Positions 19,194 to 28,712 of a DNA stretch of 64,000 nucleotides are shown piece after piece. The stretch comes from an uncultured Flavobacterium sp. (GTDB taxonomy: Bacteria > Bacteroidota > Bacteroidia > Flavobacteriales > Flavobacteriaceae). The translations under genes and the position numbers were made by a program. The notes beneath the pieces were generated by a model, which was not told where the DNA came from, did not search any database, and saw only the letters and a program-made list of their open reading frames with translations. The DNA is taken from the NCBI GenBank assembly GCA_964402375.1, contig CAYOCC010000007.1, positions 8,238-72,237 on the forward strand. Direction: 5' to 3'. Each line of letters begins with the position of its first letter. Positions within the stretch are counted from its first letter, which is position 1.

Positions 19194-21632
19194 TTATTTA
19201 AGTGCATTCTTGGCTTGATTGTAATCAATAAAGTAGCGAATACTGATAGAAAAAGTATGATTTAGATCTTCATGATTAAATACTTTTTTGGTATTATAAA
19301 CAAAATTTTTATCAATCGCATTTTGAAAAATACCCGATGCATTTCGGTACAAAAACGACATTTGACTTCCCGGTGCAAACCACCAACTATATGACAAATC
19401 AAAGTTCCATAAATTTAAATTTTGATTGGCGTTACCCGTGTAAGAATAGGCTTCTGTGTAACCGTTTTCTAATAATTTATAATACGAGTTATTTTCTGAA
19501 AACGACCAATAATGTCTTAATTTTAATCCGAAATTCATTTGTGCTGTGATAGAATATTTTCCTTCCAAACTCGTTTCTAAAGTTTGATTGTCTCTTTTTG
19601 CGAAAACAATGTCATTTCCTACTCTATCAACGCGACCTAAATCTTGGTATTCGTTATTGAAATTGTTTCTATAAATTAAAGATAATTTATCGTTAATACG
19701 ATATCTCGGACTTACCTCAACACCCCAATACCACCAACCTTTAGTTTCTGTAACTCCAATATTTGGGTTAATGTCAAATGCAAATTTATTGTTGTAATTG
19801 GTAGAAATAAAACCCCACATGCCATAATTTTTTGGAAAAACAACAAACCTTCCTTTAACTTGTGGATTGTAAAAATCATGTCTTTCAAACGGATTTAAAT
19901 TAATTCCGATACCTGCGGCATGATTTTGTTTATTAGTTAAATTTAAATTGATATTAAAATTTTGTTCTTGAAGGTAGTTGGTAGCCTTATCAAATTGTGC
20001 AAACGCATTAAAACTTATCCTAAATGAGTTTAATTTTTCTGTTGATTGTAGCAGTCTATAGTTAGTGTTGGCGCTAATGGAATAATAATTAGTTTGAAAA
20101 TTTACGCCTAAATCATTATTGTCATACTCTTTTGAAACATATTCTCCATAAACTGAAAACCTAACTTTTCCAGAGGTTTCGCCAAAACCTAAATTGGCTA
20201 AAACTCCATTTTTATTAGGCAAATTGTCATAATTATTTACGTAACTATAATTCAAAGCGCCATTTAAATTGAAAGTGTTCTTTTTGGTATTTAAATCGAA
20301 TGTCGTTGCAGTAACATTTGCATCTCTAAAATTTCCATTTCGAGTTACATTTGTATTAATTAATGAAACAGAAGAATTTCCATTAAATCGCTGGTCTAAA
20401 ACCAAAACATTATAATTGGCTAGCGGCTCAACGGTTTCTGATCTTGTTTTTCCGGTATTTATATCCCGAATAACAACATCAGTTTTTTTAGTAACCGTGT
20501 TTAAAAAACCAATTCCTAAACCTTCTTTTGTTCTACCAGAAATTTTAACTGCATTTACCAAATCTATTGTGTTTGGAAATTCAATTACTTCCTCCGATTC
20601 TGAAATTTCAGGATATTTACTCGCTCGTTGTCCAATTCTTCTAGAGTAAAACAAACCGCCTTTATTAAACAAATCGGTTCCCTCGGTAAAAAAAGGTCTG
20701 TTTTCGTTAAAAATTTGTTCAAACGGACCCAAGTTTAATATTTTGTCATCAAATCTTGTTTGACCAAAATCAGGAATCAAAACCATATCTAATGTAAATG
20801 CATCAGTCAATCCGTATTTTAAATCCAATCCTCCTTTTAAAGTTCCATAAGATTTTTCTTTACCAAAACTATTTAAATAAAATGATGAATAAGGTATTAA
20901 AAATAATCGTGTTGGCGTATTTATTTTTTCAATACCTCTTAAAATTCCAGCCTGTTGCGTAAAAAAACCTTTACTATTATCTACTGGATTCCAAGTGAAC
21001 ATTTGACGGTTTCTTCTAACTTCTCTAAAAAAGTTGACACCCCAAGTTTGCTTGTCTTCTTTAGGAAAACGAAGTGCGGCATACGGAATTTTCATTTCAA
21101 CTATCCAGCCAATATCGGTAATTTTTGCTTTGCTCTCCCAAATAGCATCCCACGAAGTATCTTCATCTTCTGTGGTTCTAACTAAATCCATTTGTCCATC
21201 GGAAGCACTTACAAAAAAGCTAAATTCTTGTTGCCCATCATTAAAACCATTAATAAAAACACCAAAAAAGTCGGTAACACCAAAATTGTCTCTTTCTGAA
21301 ATTTCTTTCAAGATTTTAGAGGGTTCATTGTCATATAAAATCGCACCTATGTATACGGCATCATCATCGTAAAGTACTTTTACTTCTGTGCGAAGTTCAT
21401 TTAATTCTGGTTTTCCATTATCTTGGTTAAACATTACAAAGTTTTTGGCTATTGGAACATTTTGCCAATCTAATTCATCAAGTGACGCATCAATTTTTAC
21501 GGTTTTTTTAATTTTTACGGCAGTAACTTCTTTTTTATTTAACAAAAATGAATCTGGGTTTGGAACAATTATTTCTTGTGCAAAAGAAATTTGAAAAAAG
21601 AGTAAAATACTTAGACTTTGAAGGCACTTCAT
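19194..21632 (-). CDS. Outer-membrane protein with CBM9-like N-terminal domain and DUF5916-type beta-barrel
   Basis: Signal peptide; IDASLDE..W, EMKIPYAALRF, PDFGQ, ENRPFFTEG, FYSRRIG motifs; beta-strand-rich C-terminus. Confidence 0.75.
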   Translation of the reverse strand: MKCLQSLSILLFFQISFAQEIIVPNPDSFLLNKKEVTAVKIKKTVKIDASLDELDWQNVPIAKNFVMFNQDNGKPELNELRTEVKVLYDDDAVYIGAILYDNEPSKILKEISERDNFGVTDFFGVFINGFNDGQQEFSFFVSASDGQMDLVRTTEDEDTSWDAIWESKAKITDIGWIVEMKIPYAALRFPKEDKQTWGVNFFREVRRNRQMFTWNPVDNSKGFFTQQAGILRGIEKINTPTRLFLIPYSSFYLNSFGKEKSYGTLKGGLDLKYGLTDAFTLDMVLIPDFGQTRFDDKILNLGPFEQIFNENRPFFTEGTDLFNKGGLFYSRRIGQRASKYPEISESEEVIEFPNTIDLVNAVKISGRTKEGLGIGFLNTVTKKTDVVIRDINTGKTRSETVEPLANYNVLVLDQRFNGNSSVSLINTNVTRNGNFRDANVTATTFDLNTKKNTFNLNGALNYSYVNNYDNLPNKNGVLANLGFGETSGKVRFSVYGEYVSKEYDNNDLGVNFQTNYYSISANTNYRLLQSTEKLNSFRISFNAFAQFDKATNYLQEQNFNINLNLTNKQNHAAGIGINLNPFERHDFYNPQVKGRFVVFPKNYGMWGFISTNYNNKFAFDINPNIGVTETKGWWYWGVEVSPRYRINDKLSLIYRNNFNNEYQDLGRVDRVGNDIVFAKRDNQTLETSLEGKYSITAQMNFGLKLRHYWSFSENNSYYKLLENGYTEAYSYTGNANQNLNLWNFDLSYSWWFAPGSQMSFLYRNASGIFQNAIDKNFVYNTKKVFNHEDLNHTFSISIRYFIDYNQAKNALK

Positions 21633-21827
21633 ATAATTATTTATAAATAAAAATTATTAGTCTAACTAATGCATAATTTGTTTCATCATCAAATGTTAAT
21701 TTTTGAAAGTTATATAATTAGTGGCTTTTTTAAAAATTACAATCAAAAAAAAAATTGTCGATTAAACGTTAAAAATAAACGTTAAAAAATACTGGGATTA
21801 CAGCTTAATAACAAAAATGATTCCAAA

Positions 21828-22277
21828 TTAAACATTAAAATATTTATACATTAAAAAATGGGCGCCAATTTCAGGAATTTCAAATGACGCTCCTTTTTTG
21901 ATGCAACCCAGTTTCTCATAAAAAGGCACAGCAGTTTCTCTTGCATTAAACCACAGCAATTCGGTTTGATTTATTTTGATAAAATTGAAAATCTCTTCAA
22001 TAAACAGTTTTCCAAAACCACTACTTTGGTATTCTTTTAAAATGGCCATTCCGCGCAATTGAAATTGATTTTTTTGGTCGAAATTTTCATTATTTGTTTT
22101 AAAAACAGAAGCCACTCCAATTAATTTATTTTCAGTAAACAAACCAAAATGTGTTGTATCAACGGCGTCATCACCCAAAAAAAAGCAAGTTTCAATGGGT
22201 TTGCCTTGTCTTAACACAGCGCTTCTAACTGGAAATGTGTCTAAATAATTAATTTCTTTAAGTGTAATTTTCTTCAT
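21828..22277 (-). CDS. GNAT family N-acetyltransferase
   Basis: QLRGMA..EYQSSGFG acetyl-CoA motif, NAR..AVPFYEKLG. Confidence 0.9.
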   Translation of the reverse strand: MKKITLKEINYLDTFPVRSAVLRQGKPIETCFFLGDDAVDTTHFGLFTENKLIGVASVFKTNNENFDQKNQFQLRGMAILKEYQSSGFGKLFIEEIFNFIKINQTELLWFNARETAVPFYEKLGCIKKGASFEIPEIGAHFLMYKYFNV

Positions 22278-22344
22278 AAAGCATTGTGAATTAATAATTT
22301 ATATAAACGTATTTGATGCTTTTTATTATTTTTTATTAAAAAAC

Positions 22345-22381
22345 TTGCAATTAATCAGTTTTTCCTATTATATTTGCACTC
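22345..22381 (+). promoter_or_regulatory. Bacteroidota housekeeping promoter of tRNA-Gly pair
   Basis: TTG (-33) at 22345 and TATATTTG (-7) at 22369-22376; the 16-mer TATTATATTTGCACTC is identical to the one at 59006-59021. Confidence 0.75.
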
Positions 22382-22394
22382 ACCAAAATAAAAT

Positions 22395-22467
22395 GCGAAA
22401 GTAGCTCAGTTGGTAGAGCGTCAGCCTTCCAAGCTGAATGTCGCGAGTTCGACCCTCGTCTTTCGCT
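22395..22467 (+). tRNA. tRNA-Gly(TCC)
   Basis: GCGAAAG acceptor stem pairing CTTTCGC, D-arm AGCTCAGTTGGTAGAGC, anticodon loop CTTCCAA, GTTCGA T-loop; CCA not encoded. Confidence 0.96.
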
Positions 22468-22499
22468 CTAAAACTTATTGAATTTTAAAATTCTACCAT

Positions 22500-22572
22500 G
22501 CGAAAGTAGCTCAGTTGGTAGAGCGTCAGCCTTCCAAGCTGAATGTCGCGAGTTCGACCCTCGTCTTTCGCT
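22500..22572 (+). tRNA. tRNA-Gly(TCC), identical second copy
   Basis: Sequence identical to 22395-22467, 105 bp downstream. Confidence 0.96.
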
Positions 22573-22574
22573 CT

Positions 22575-22602
22575 AAAGCCTCAAATTTTTTGAGGCTTTT
22601 TT
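22575..22602. terminator. Intrinsic terminator between tRNA pair and convergent pepE
   Basis: AAAGCCTCAAA-TTT-TTTGAGGCTTT followed by T tract. Confidence 0.8.
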
Positions 22603-23308
22603 ATTTTAAATCACTTAAATCTGATCCTGTTTCAATTTCAATTGGTGCTTTACTTTGTTGAAATAATCTGGCTGACAAATCTCCTTTTAAGGTGACTTTA
22701 TTTCCCAAAACTTCTAACCAACTGCCTTCTCTTAACCCTAAAACTGGTTGTGAATTGTATTGATGAAATTCGTTTATTCTGGTTTCTCTAGTTTCTCCCA
22801 TGTGTTGCGAACCTTCAATTGGATCTAAATAATGCGGATTTAAATTAAAAGAAACCAATCCTAATGTTCTAAAACTTGGAGGATACACAATCGGCATATC
22901 GTTTGTAGTTCCCATCGTTAGTCCGCAAATATTGCTTCCTGCGCTTGTACCTAAATATGGCGTTCCGTTTTCCACAACTTTCTGAATGGTTTCTAATAAA
23001 TTGTATTTGTATAACATGTCTACCAAAACGAACGTATTGCCACCGCCTGTAAAAATAGCTTCTGCGTTTTGTATCGCTTCAATTGGGTTTTCAAATTCAT
23101 GAATTCCTTTAACTTCAATGTTCAATTGTTTAAAAAAAGGTTTTACTTTTTCTGTATACGCTTCGTGAGAAATACCACCTGGTCTGGCAAAAGGTATAAA
23201 TACTAAATTTGAAACGGTTGCAAAATGTGCTTTTAAAACTGGCAATAAATAATCTAAAAAAGTACCACCAAAAACAGTTGATGTACTTGCAATAAGCGCC
23301 TTTTTCAT
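22601..23308 (-). CDS. pepE: Dipeptidase E (peptidase S51)
   Basis: GGGNTF, GTSAG nucleophile, NPHY, GETRETRI. Confidence 0.92.
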   Translation of the reverse strand: MKKALIASTSTVFGGTFLDYLLPVLKAHFATVSNLVFIPFARPGGISHEAYTEKVKPFFKQLNIEVKGIHEFENPIEAIQNAEAIFTGGGNTFVLVDMLYKYNLLETIQKVVENGTPYLGTSAGSNICGLTMGTTNDMPIVYPPSFRTLGLVSFNLNPHYLDPIEGSQHMGETRETRINEFHQYNSQPVLGLREGSWLEVLGNKVTLKGDLSARLFQQSKAPIEIETGSDLSDLK

Positions 23309-23361
23309 ATGTGTTATTAAATTTACTTTATTCTTAACAAAATTTTATATCGATTATAATT

Positions 23362-24123
23362 TTGTTCTTTTATTTTTACATAAAATTAATTCTTATAATT
23401 ATCAAGAACCATTTACAAATATTATTTTTATTTCTTTGTCAATTAGTAGTTTCACAAAACGATTCTATAATTAAAGGAAAAATCGTTGTTGCAACCAATT
23501 CTAATGACGGCGTAACTATTGTAAATATTTCTAACAAAACTAATACAATTTCTGTAAATGGAGGCTATTTTGTTATAAAAGCAAAAGTGAATGATACCTT
23601 ACTATTTTCATCATTACAGTTTGATGTGATTAAATTAAAAATGACAGCAACTGATTTTGGACAAAACTTATTATTTGTAAAAATGACACCGCGGTCCAAA
23701 TTAATTGAGAAAGTAATCATTACAAACCAAACCGTTATTACAGCCGAAAGTTTAGGTTTGGTTCCAAAAGGACAAAAAAGATATACCGTAGCAGAAAGAA
23801 GAATGATATCAGGCGGCGGCGGAATTGGTGGTTTAATTAATTTATTTACGGGATACGGAAAAGAACTTAAAAGAAACTTGGAAATAGAGAAAAAAGAAAT
23901 GTTGATTGAAAAAATTAGAAATCAATTTGAAAAAGCGTATTTTGTAAAAACTTTACAAATTCCAGAAAATAATATTGATGGTTTTTTGTACTATATTGGA
24001 GAAGATAAAAAATCACATGAAATATTAAATGGTAACGATAAGAATACGAAAATGTTTAAATTAGCAGATTTAGCTGTAGCTTACTTAAAGATAATGCAAC
24101 CCAAAACACCAAAATCAAAATAA
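23362..24123 (+). CDS. Secreted carboxypeptidase-regulatory-like domain protein, paralog 1 (start uncertain)
   Basis: Signal-like segment ending VVSQ; IKGKI...GVTIVN...GYFVIKAKVNDTLLFS; clear paralog of next ORF. Confidence 0.7.
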   Translation: MFFYFYIKLILIIIKNHLQILFLFLCQLVVSQNDSIIKGKIVVATNSNDGVTIVNISNKTNTISVNGGYFVIKAKVNDTLLFSSLQFDVIKLKMTATDFGQNLLFVKMTPRSKLIEKVIITNQTVITAESLGLVPKGQKRYTVAERRMISGGGGIGGLINLFTGYGKELKRNLEIEKKEMLIEKIRNQFEKAYFVKTLQIPENNIDGFLYYIGEDKKSHEILNGNDKNTKMFKLADLAVAYLKIMQPKTPKSK

Positions 24124-24954
24124 TTGAAAACCGTTTTACAAATTTTAATTTTATTAATCGCTCAAATTGTAGTTTCGCAAAACGATTCTATAATTAAGGG
24201 AAAAATCATTGTGGAAACCAACGACAATGAAGGTATTACAATTATAAATGTTTCAAACAAAACCAACACCATTTCTGGTAACAGCGGCTATTTTAAAATA
24301 AAAGCCAAAGTGAACGACACCATTATGTTTAGCGCCATTCATCTTGTTGGCAAAAAACATATCATAACAAAAAAAGATTTTGGAAGAGATTTACTTTTTA
24401 TTAGATTAGAGATTTATACACGTCATATCAAAGAAATCATGGTTACGAATGCTGATGACATCACTGCAGAATCTTTAGGTTTGGTTCCGATAGGTCAAAA
24501 AAAATATACGCCTGCAGAAAGAAGAGTAAAAACAGCGGGTGATTTTAACGGACAATTTGGTCTGAATACAGCATTTAGTATTGACCCATTATTAAACGCT
24601 ATTTCTGGGAGAACCAAACAATTAAAAGCAGAATTAGAAGTAGAAAGAAAGGAATTTTTACAATATAAAATAAATACTAACTTTGATTCCGAATTTATTA
24701 TGAATCAATTGCACATTCCTGAAGAATATGTGTCGGGATTTGTTTTTTATATTGTAGAAGATGAACAATTGAAAGCCGCAGCCAAGGCGAAAAACAAAAC
24801 GCTAATTTCTTTCCGAATGAGCGCATTAGCTGTCGATTTTTTGAAATTGAAAAACATACAACCTTATTATCCAAAACCTGTTGAAGCAGAAAAAAGTATA
24901 GAAGAAATCACCACTATTCCAAAACCAGAATTAGAACCAAAGAAAAATGAATAA
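24124..24954 (+). CDS. Secreted carboxypeptidase-regulatory-like domain protein, paralog 2
   Basis: TTG start, signal peptide, GYFKIKAKVNDTIMFS, YTPAERR..DPLLNAISGRTK motif. Confidence 0.75.
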   Translation: MKTVLQILILLIAQIVVSQNDSIIKGKIIVETNDNEGITIINVSNKTNTISGNSGYFKIKAKVNDTIMFSAIHLVGKKHIITKKDFGRDLLFIRLEIYTRHIKEIMVTNADDITAESLGLVPIGQKKYTPAERRVKTAGDFNGQFGLNTAFSIDPLLNAISGRTKQLKAELEVERKEFLQYKINTNFDSEFIMNQLHIPEEYVSGFVFYIVEDEQLKAAAKAKNKTLISFRMSALAVDFLKLKNIQPYYPKPVEAEKSIEEITTIPKPELEPKKNE

Positions 24955-25450
24955 ATTTAAAATAGTTTTACTTATTACGTTGTTTGCACTTTTGAGTGCT
25001 TTCACGTTTCATAAATTTTATGTTGGGGTTTTTCAAATAGATTATTTTAAAGAAAAAAAAGCGGTACAAATTACAGCACGATTATTTATTGATGATTTAG
25101 AAAAGGCGTTATATAAAAAACATAAAAAACATTTTTACCTTACCACAAAAGATGAAATATCGGATGCAAACACATATATTGATGGGTATTTATCTGAAAA
25201 ATTAAAAATTAAAATCAATAACAAAGTTCAAACGCTACAATTTTTATCTAAAGAACAAGAAAATAATATAGTAATCTGTTACTTGAAAATTAATTTTAAA
25301 GACAACATAAAAGAATTGGAAATTTCCAACACAATTTTGTCAGATATTTTTAAGGAACAACAAAATTTAGTACATTTGAACATTAATGGTAACAAAAAAA
25401 CCATTTTGTTTACAAATACAGAAACCAACCAAAAACTGAAATATAAATAA
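24947..25450 (+). CDS. DUF6702-like exported protein
   Basis: Signal peptide followed by HKFYVG..., RLFIDDLE, EQQNLVH pattern; precedes M1 peptidase. Confidence 0.7.
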   Translation: MNKFKIVLLITLFALLSAFTFHKFYVGVFQIDYFKEKKAVQITARLFIDDLEKALYKKHKKHFYLTTKDEISDANTYIDGYLSEKLKIKINNKVQTLQFLSKEQENNIVICYLKINFKDNIKELEISNTILSDIFKEQQNLVHLNINGNKKTILFTNTETNQKLKYK

Positions 25451-25452
25451 TC

Positions 25453-27711
25453 ATGAAAAAGTTAAAATTAATTTCTTTCTTATTTTTTGCATCACTTACA
25501 GCATTTTCTCAAGAAGTAAAAAAAGAACCTCAAGGGCACACAGACATCAATAAATTTAGTCAAATGTATGCCGAAATGGCTACGCCTAATATGTTCAGAA
25601 CAGCTTCTGGTGCGCCGGGTCCTGAGTATTATCAACAACGTGCTGATTATAAAATTAATTTAGAATTAGATGATAAAGCATCCAAAATGTATGGAAGCGA
25701 AACCGTTACTTATTACAATAATGCTCCTGAATCGTTGGACTATTTATGGGTACAATTGGATCAAAACATAGCAAGAAGAGATTCTCAAACGCCTTTAATT
25801 GATAGCCAAACAATACCACAAGCTACCTCAGTTGAAAACTTTACTAAAACGTATATGGGTAAAGGTTTTGATGGCGGTTTTAACTTAGAATACGTTAAAG
25901 ACGAAAAAGGTAACGCTATGAAATACACCATAAATAATACTATGATGCGTATTGATTTGCCAAAGCCTCTTAAAAAAGGAGAAAAAGTAGTTTTTTCAAT
26001 CAAATGGTGGTACAACATTAACGATTACATGAAAGATGGCGGAAATGGTCGTTCTGGGTATGAAGTTTTTCCTGATGGAAATAAAATTTATGTAATTGCG
26101 CAATTCTACCCAAGAATGTGCGTATACAATGACGTTGAAGGTTGGCAAAATATGCAATTTTGGGGAAGAAGTGAATTTGCTTTAACTTTTGGAAATTACG
26201 ACGTTAAAATAACCGTTCCAGCCGATCATATTTTAGATGGAACTGGGGTTTTACAAAATAGAAGTGAAGTATATACTTCTGAACAAGAAAAAAGATGGCA
26301 ATTAGCTGAAAATTCTTTTGACAAACCTGTTATAATTGTAACGCAAGCGGAGGCAACTGCTGCAGAGAAAAAATTTGCAACAACCACAAAAACTTGGCAT
26401 TTAAAAGCAGAAAATGTAAGAGATTTTGCATTTTCAAGTTCTCGTAAATTTATTTTAGACGCTATGGCGGTTCAAGTTGGAAACAGCAAACCTATGGCCA
26501 TTTCTATGTATCCAAAAGAAGCCAATCCGCTTTGGGAAAACTTATCTACAATAGCAGTAGCGCACACTTTAAAAACCTATTCAAAATATACATTCGAATA
26601 TCCTTATCCAAAAGCCATTTCTGTTTCTGCAGAAGACCAAGGAATGGAATATCCAATGATTTGTTGGAATTACGGTCGTCCTGATGAAAATGGTAAAATC
26701 AGCGACCGAGTAAAATATGGTATGTTGGGCGTAATTATTCATGAAGTAGGACATAACTATTTTCCAATGATTGTAAATTCAGACGAAAGACAATGGACTT
26801 GGATGGATGAAGGTTTAAATACATTCTTAGAATATTTAACTGAACAAGAATTTGACAAAAATTTCCCAGCAGATAGAGGTCCTGCAAAATCTATTGTACC
26901 TTATATGAAAGGAAACCAACAGTTTTTAGAACCTATTATGAGTCATGGAGATGTGGTTTATAATTTTGGTGCAAATGCTTACGGAAAACCTGCAACAGGA
27001 TTAAATATTTTGCGTGAAACAATTATGGGACACGAATTGTTTGACCACGCATTTAAAACGTATGCCAACCGTTGGAAATTTAAACACCCTACGCCAGAAG
27101 ACTTTTTTAGAACAATGGAAGATGCGTCTGCTGTTGATTTAGATTGGTTTTGGAAAGGTTGGTTCTACTCTACTGATGTAGTAGATTTAGGCATCAAAAA
27201 CGTAAAACAATTTTATGTAACTGAAGATGCTACTAAAGAAAACGCAGCATCTGTGAACAGAAGAGGTAGAAGAATGCCAAACAGCGGACCAATGATTTAT
27301 TTAGTGAATAGTGAAAGTTCAGAATTGAAACCAGAATCAAAAACAGCGCTTGAAACAGAAAAAGTGATGGCTTTAAATGACTATTTAAACAAAAATTATA
27401 GTGCGGAAGAAAAAGCAGCATTAAAAAATCCGAAATACTTTTATGAAGTAGAATTTGACAAACCAGGAAGTTTAATGATGCCAATTATAGCTGAATTACA
27501 ATTTGAAGACGGTACCTCAGAAACACATAAATTTCCAGTTCAAATTTGGAGAAGAAACAATATTACTGCAAAACGCGTTTTTGCTACAGAGAAAAAAGTA
27601 GTAAAAATTCAATTGGACCCAAAATTAGAAACAGCTGACATTGATGTTACAAATAATACTTGGCCAAAAGAAGCCGTTGTAGATAAATTTGAACAAATAG
27701 AAAAAAAATAG
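25453..27711 (+). CDS. M1 family zinc aminopeptidase (exported)
   Basis: Signal peptide; GMEYP exopeptidase motif; HEVGH followed by WMDEG third ligand. Confidence 0.92.
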   Translation: MKKLKLISFLFFASLTAFSQEVKKEPQGHTDINKFSQMYAEMATPNMFRTASGAPGPEYYQQRADYKINLELDDKASKMYGSETVTYYNNAPESLDYLWVQLDQNIARRDSQTPLIDSQTIPQATSVENFTKTYMGKGFDGGFNLEYVKDEKGNAMKYTINNTMMRIDLPKPLKKGEKVVFSIKWWYNINDYMKDGGNGRSGYEVFPDGNKIYVIAQFYPRMCVYNDVEGWQNMQFWGRSEFALTFGNYDVKITVPADHILDGTGVLQNRSEVYTSEQEKRWQLAENSFDKPVIIVTQAEATAAEKKFATTTKTWHLKAENVRDFAFSSSRKFILDAMAVQVGNSKPMAISMYPKEANPLWENLSTIAVAHTLKTYSKYTFEYPYPKAISVSAEDQGMEYPMICWNYGRPDENGKISDRVKYGMLGVIIHEVGHNYFPMIVNSDERQWTWMDEGLNTFLEYLTEQEFDKNFPADRGPAKSIVPYMKGNQQFLEPIMSHGDVVYNFGANAYGKPATGLNILRETIMGHELFDHAFKTYANRWKFKHPTPEDFFRTMEDASAVDLDWFWKGWFYSTDVVDLGIKNVKQFYVTEDATKENAASVNRRGRRMPNSGPMIYLVNSESSELKPESKTALETEKVMALNDYLNKNYSAEEKAALKNPKYFYEVEFDKPGSLMMPIIAELQFEDGTSETHKFPVQIWRRNNITAKRVFATEKKVVKIQLDPKLETADIDVTNNTWPKEAVVDKFEQIEKK

Positions 27712-27712
27712 T

Positions 27713-27746
27713 AAAATTAAAGCCGTCAATGACGGCTTTAATTTTT
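27713..27746 (+). terminator. Intrinsic terminator
   Basis: AAAATTAAAGCCGTCA-A-TGACGGCTTTAATTTT inverted repeat after the M1 peptidase stop. Confidence 0.8.
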
Positions 27747-27798
27747 AGTATTAATTTCATAACTTTAACTACATTTGTAAATCATAAAACAGAAAACT

Positions 27799-28131
27799 AT
27801 GTTCGGTATTGGCGGAGGCGAAATATTTTTTATATTACTTGTAATTCTTATGCTTTTTGGATCAGATAAAATTCCAGAAATTGCAAGAACTTTAGGGAAA
27901 GGTATGGCACAATTAAAAAACGCCACCAACGAAATCAAACATGAAATTCAAAAAGGAACAGAAGAAAATGGCCTTGATTTAAAAAGTTTAACCGGAGGCA
28001 TTACTGATGAAATTGCAAGTGCAAAAAAAAGCATGACAGAATATATAAATCCCGTTGAAATTTCAAATCCAATTACGGAAATTAAAGAAGAAATTGAAAA
28101 TGCAACAGGGCCAATAAAACGCCAAATGTAA
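27799..28131 (+). CDS. tatA: Sec-independent translocase TatA/TatB subunit
   Basis: MFGIGGGE..LFGSDKIPEIARTLGKG. Confidence 0.85.
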   Translation: MFGIGGGEIFFILLVILMLFGSDKIPEIARTLGKGMAQLKNATNEIKHEIQKGTEENGLDLKSLTGGITDEIASAKKSMTEYINPVEISNPITEIKEEIENATGPIKRQM

Positions 28132-28712
28132 TGCTTGAATACCTAGTACATTTAGATAAAAAATTATTTATTTTTCTTAATAATTTAGGGTCTGCACCTT
28201 TTGATACTATTTGGCTTTTAATTACCAAACAAATCAATTGGATACCGTTTTTTTTAATTTTACTCTTTATTTTATTTAAAAAATTAGGACCAAAAAAATT
28301 GGGAATAGCTATACTAACAGTTACCGCATTAATTACGTTTACTAATGAAATTACAGATATAATTAAATTTTCAGTACAACGAATTCGTCCTTGTAATGAC
28401 GATACATTGGTTGGATTGATTAGAGTTGTAAAAGACAGCGATACTTTCAGTTATTTTTCTGGACACGCTTCAAATTCGACAGCAAGTATGGTATTTGTGT
28501 TTTTAATTTTAAGACAATATTTCAAATACAGTTACTTGATTTTTTTATATCCTTTAATTTTTGCTTACAGTAGAATTTATTTAGGACTTCACTTCCCTTT
28601 AGATATTATTTCTGGGTTTATTTTTGGTGGCTGTACAGGTTTTTTATTTTATTTTTTGTTTGAAAAAATTTCTAATAAATTGATAACCCTACAACACACG
28701 AGTAACCGTTAA
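28131..28712 (+). CDS. PAP2 family phosphatase
   Basis: K..VQRIRP, FSGHA, SRIYLGLHFPLD motifs; hydrophobic. Confidence 0.9.
   Translation: MLEYLVHLDKKLFIFLNNLGSAPFDTIWLLITKQINWIPFFLILLFILFKKLGPKKLGIAILTVTALITFTNEITDIIKFSVQRIRPCNDDTLVGLIRVVKDSDTFSYFSGHASNSTASMVFVFLILRQYFKYSYLIFLYPLIFAYSRIYLGLHFPLDIISGFIFGGCTGFLFYFLFEKISNKLITLQHTSNR

Noticed and set aside
22395-22572. Direct repeat resembling a CRISPR or att site
   Set aside because: Both copies are complete tRNA genes; no spacer array or cas genes
28689-28712. 24-bp 3' overlap of convergent PAP2 and O-methyltransferase genes
   Set aside because: Short convergent overlaps are common; no further signal
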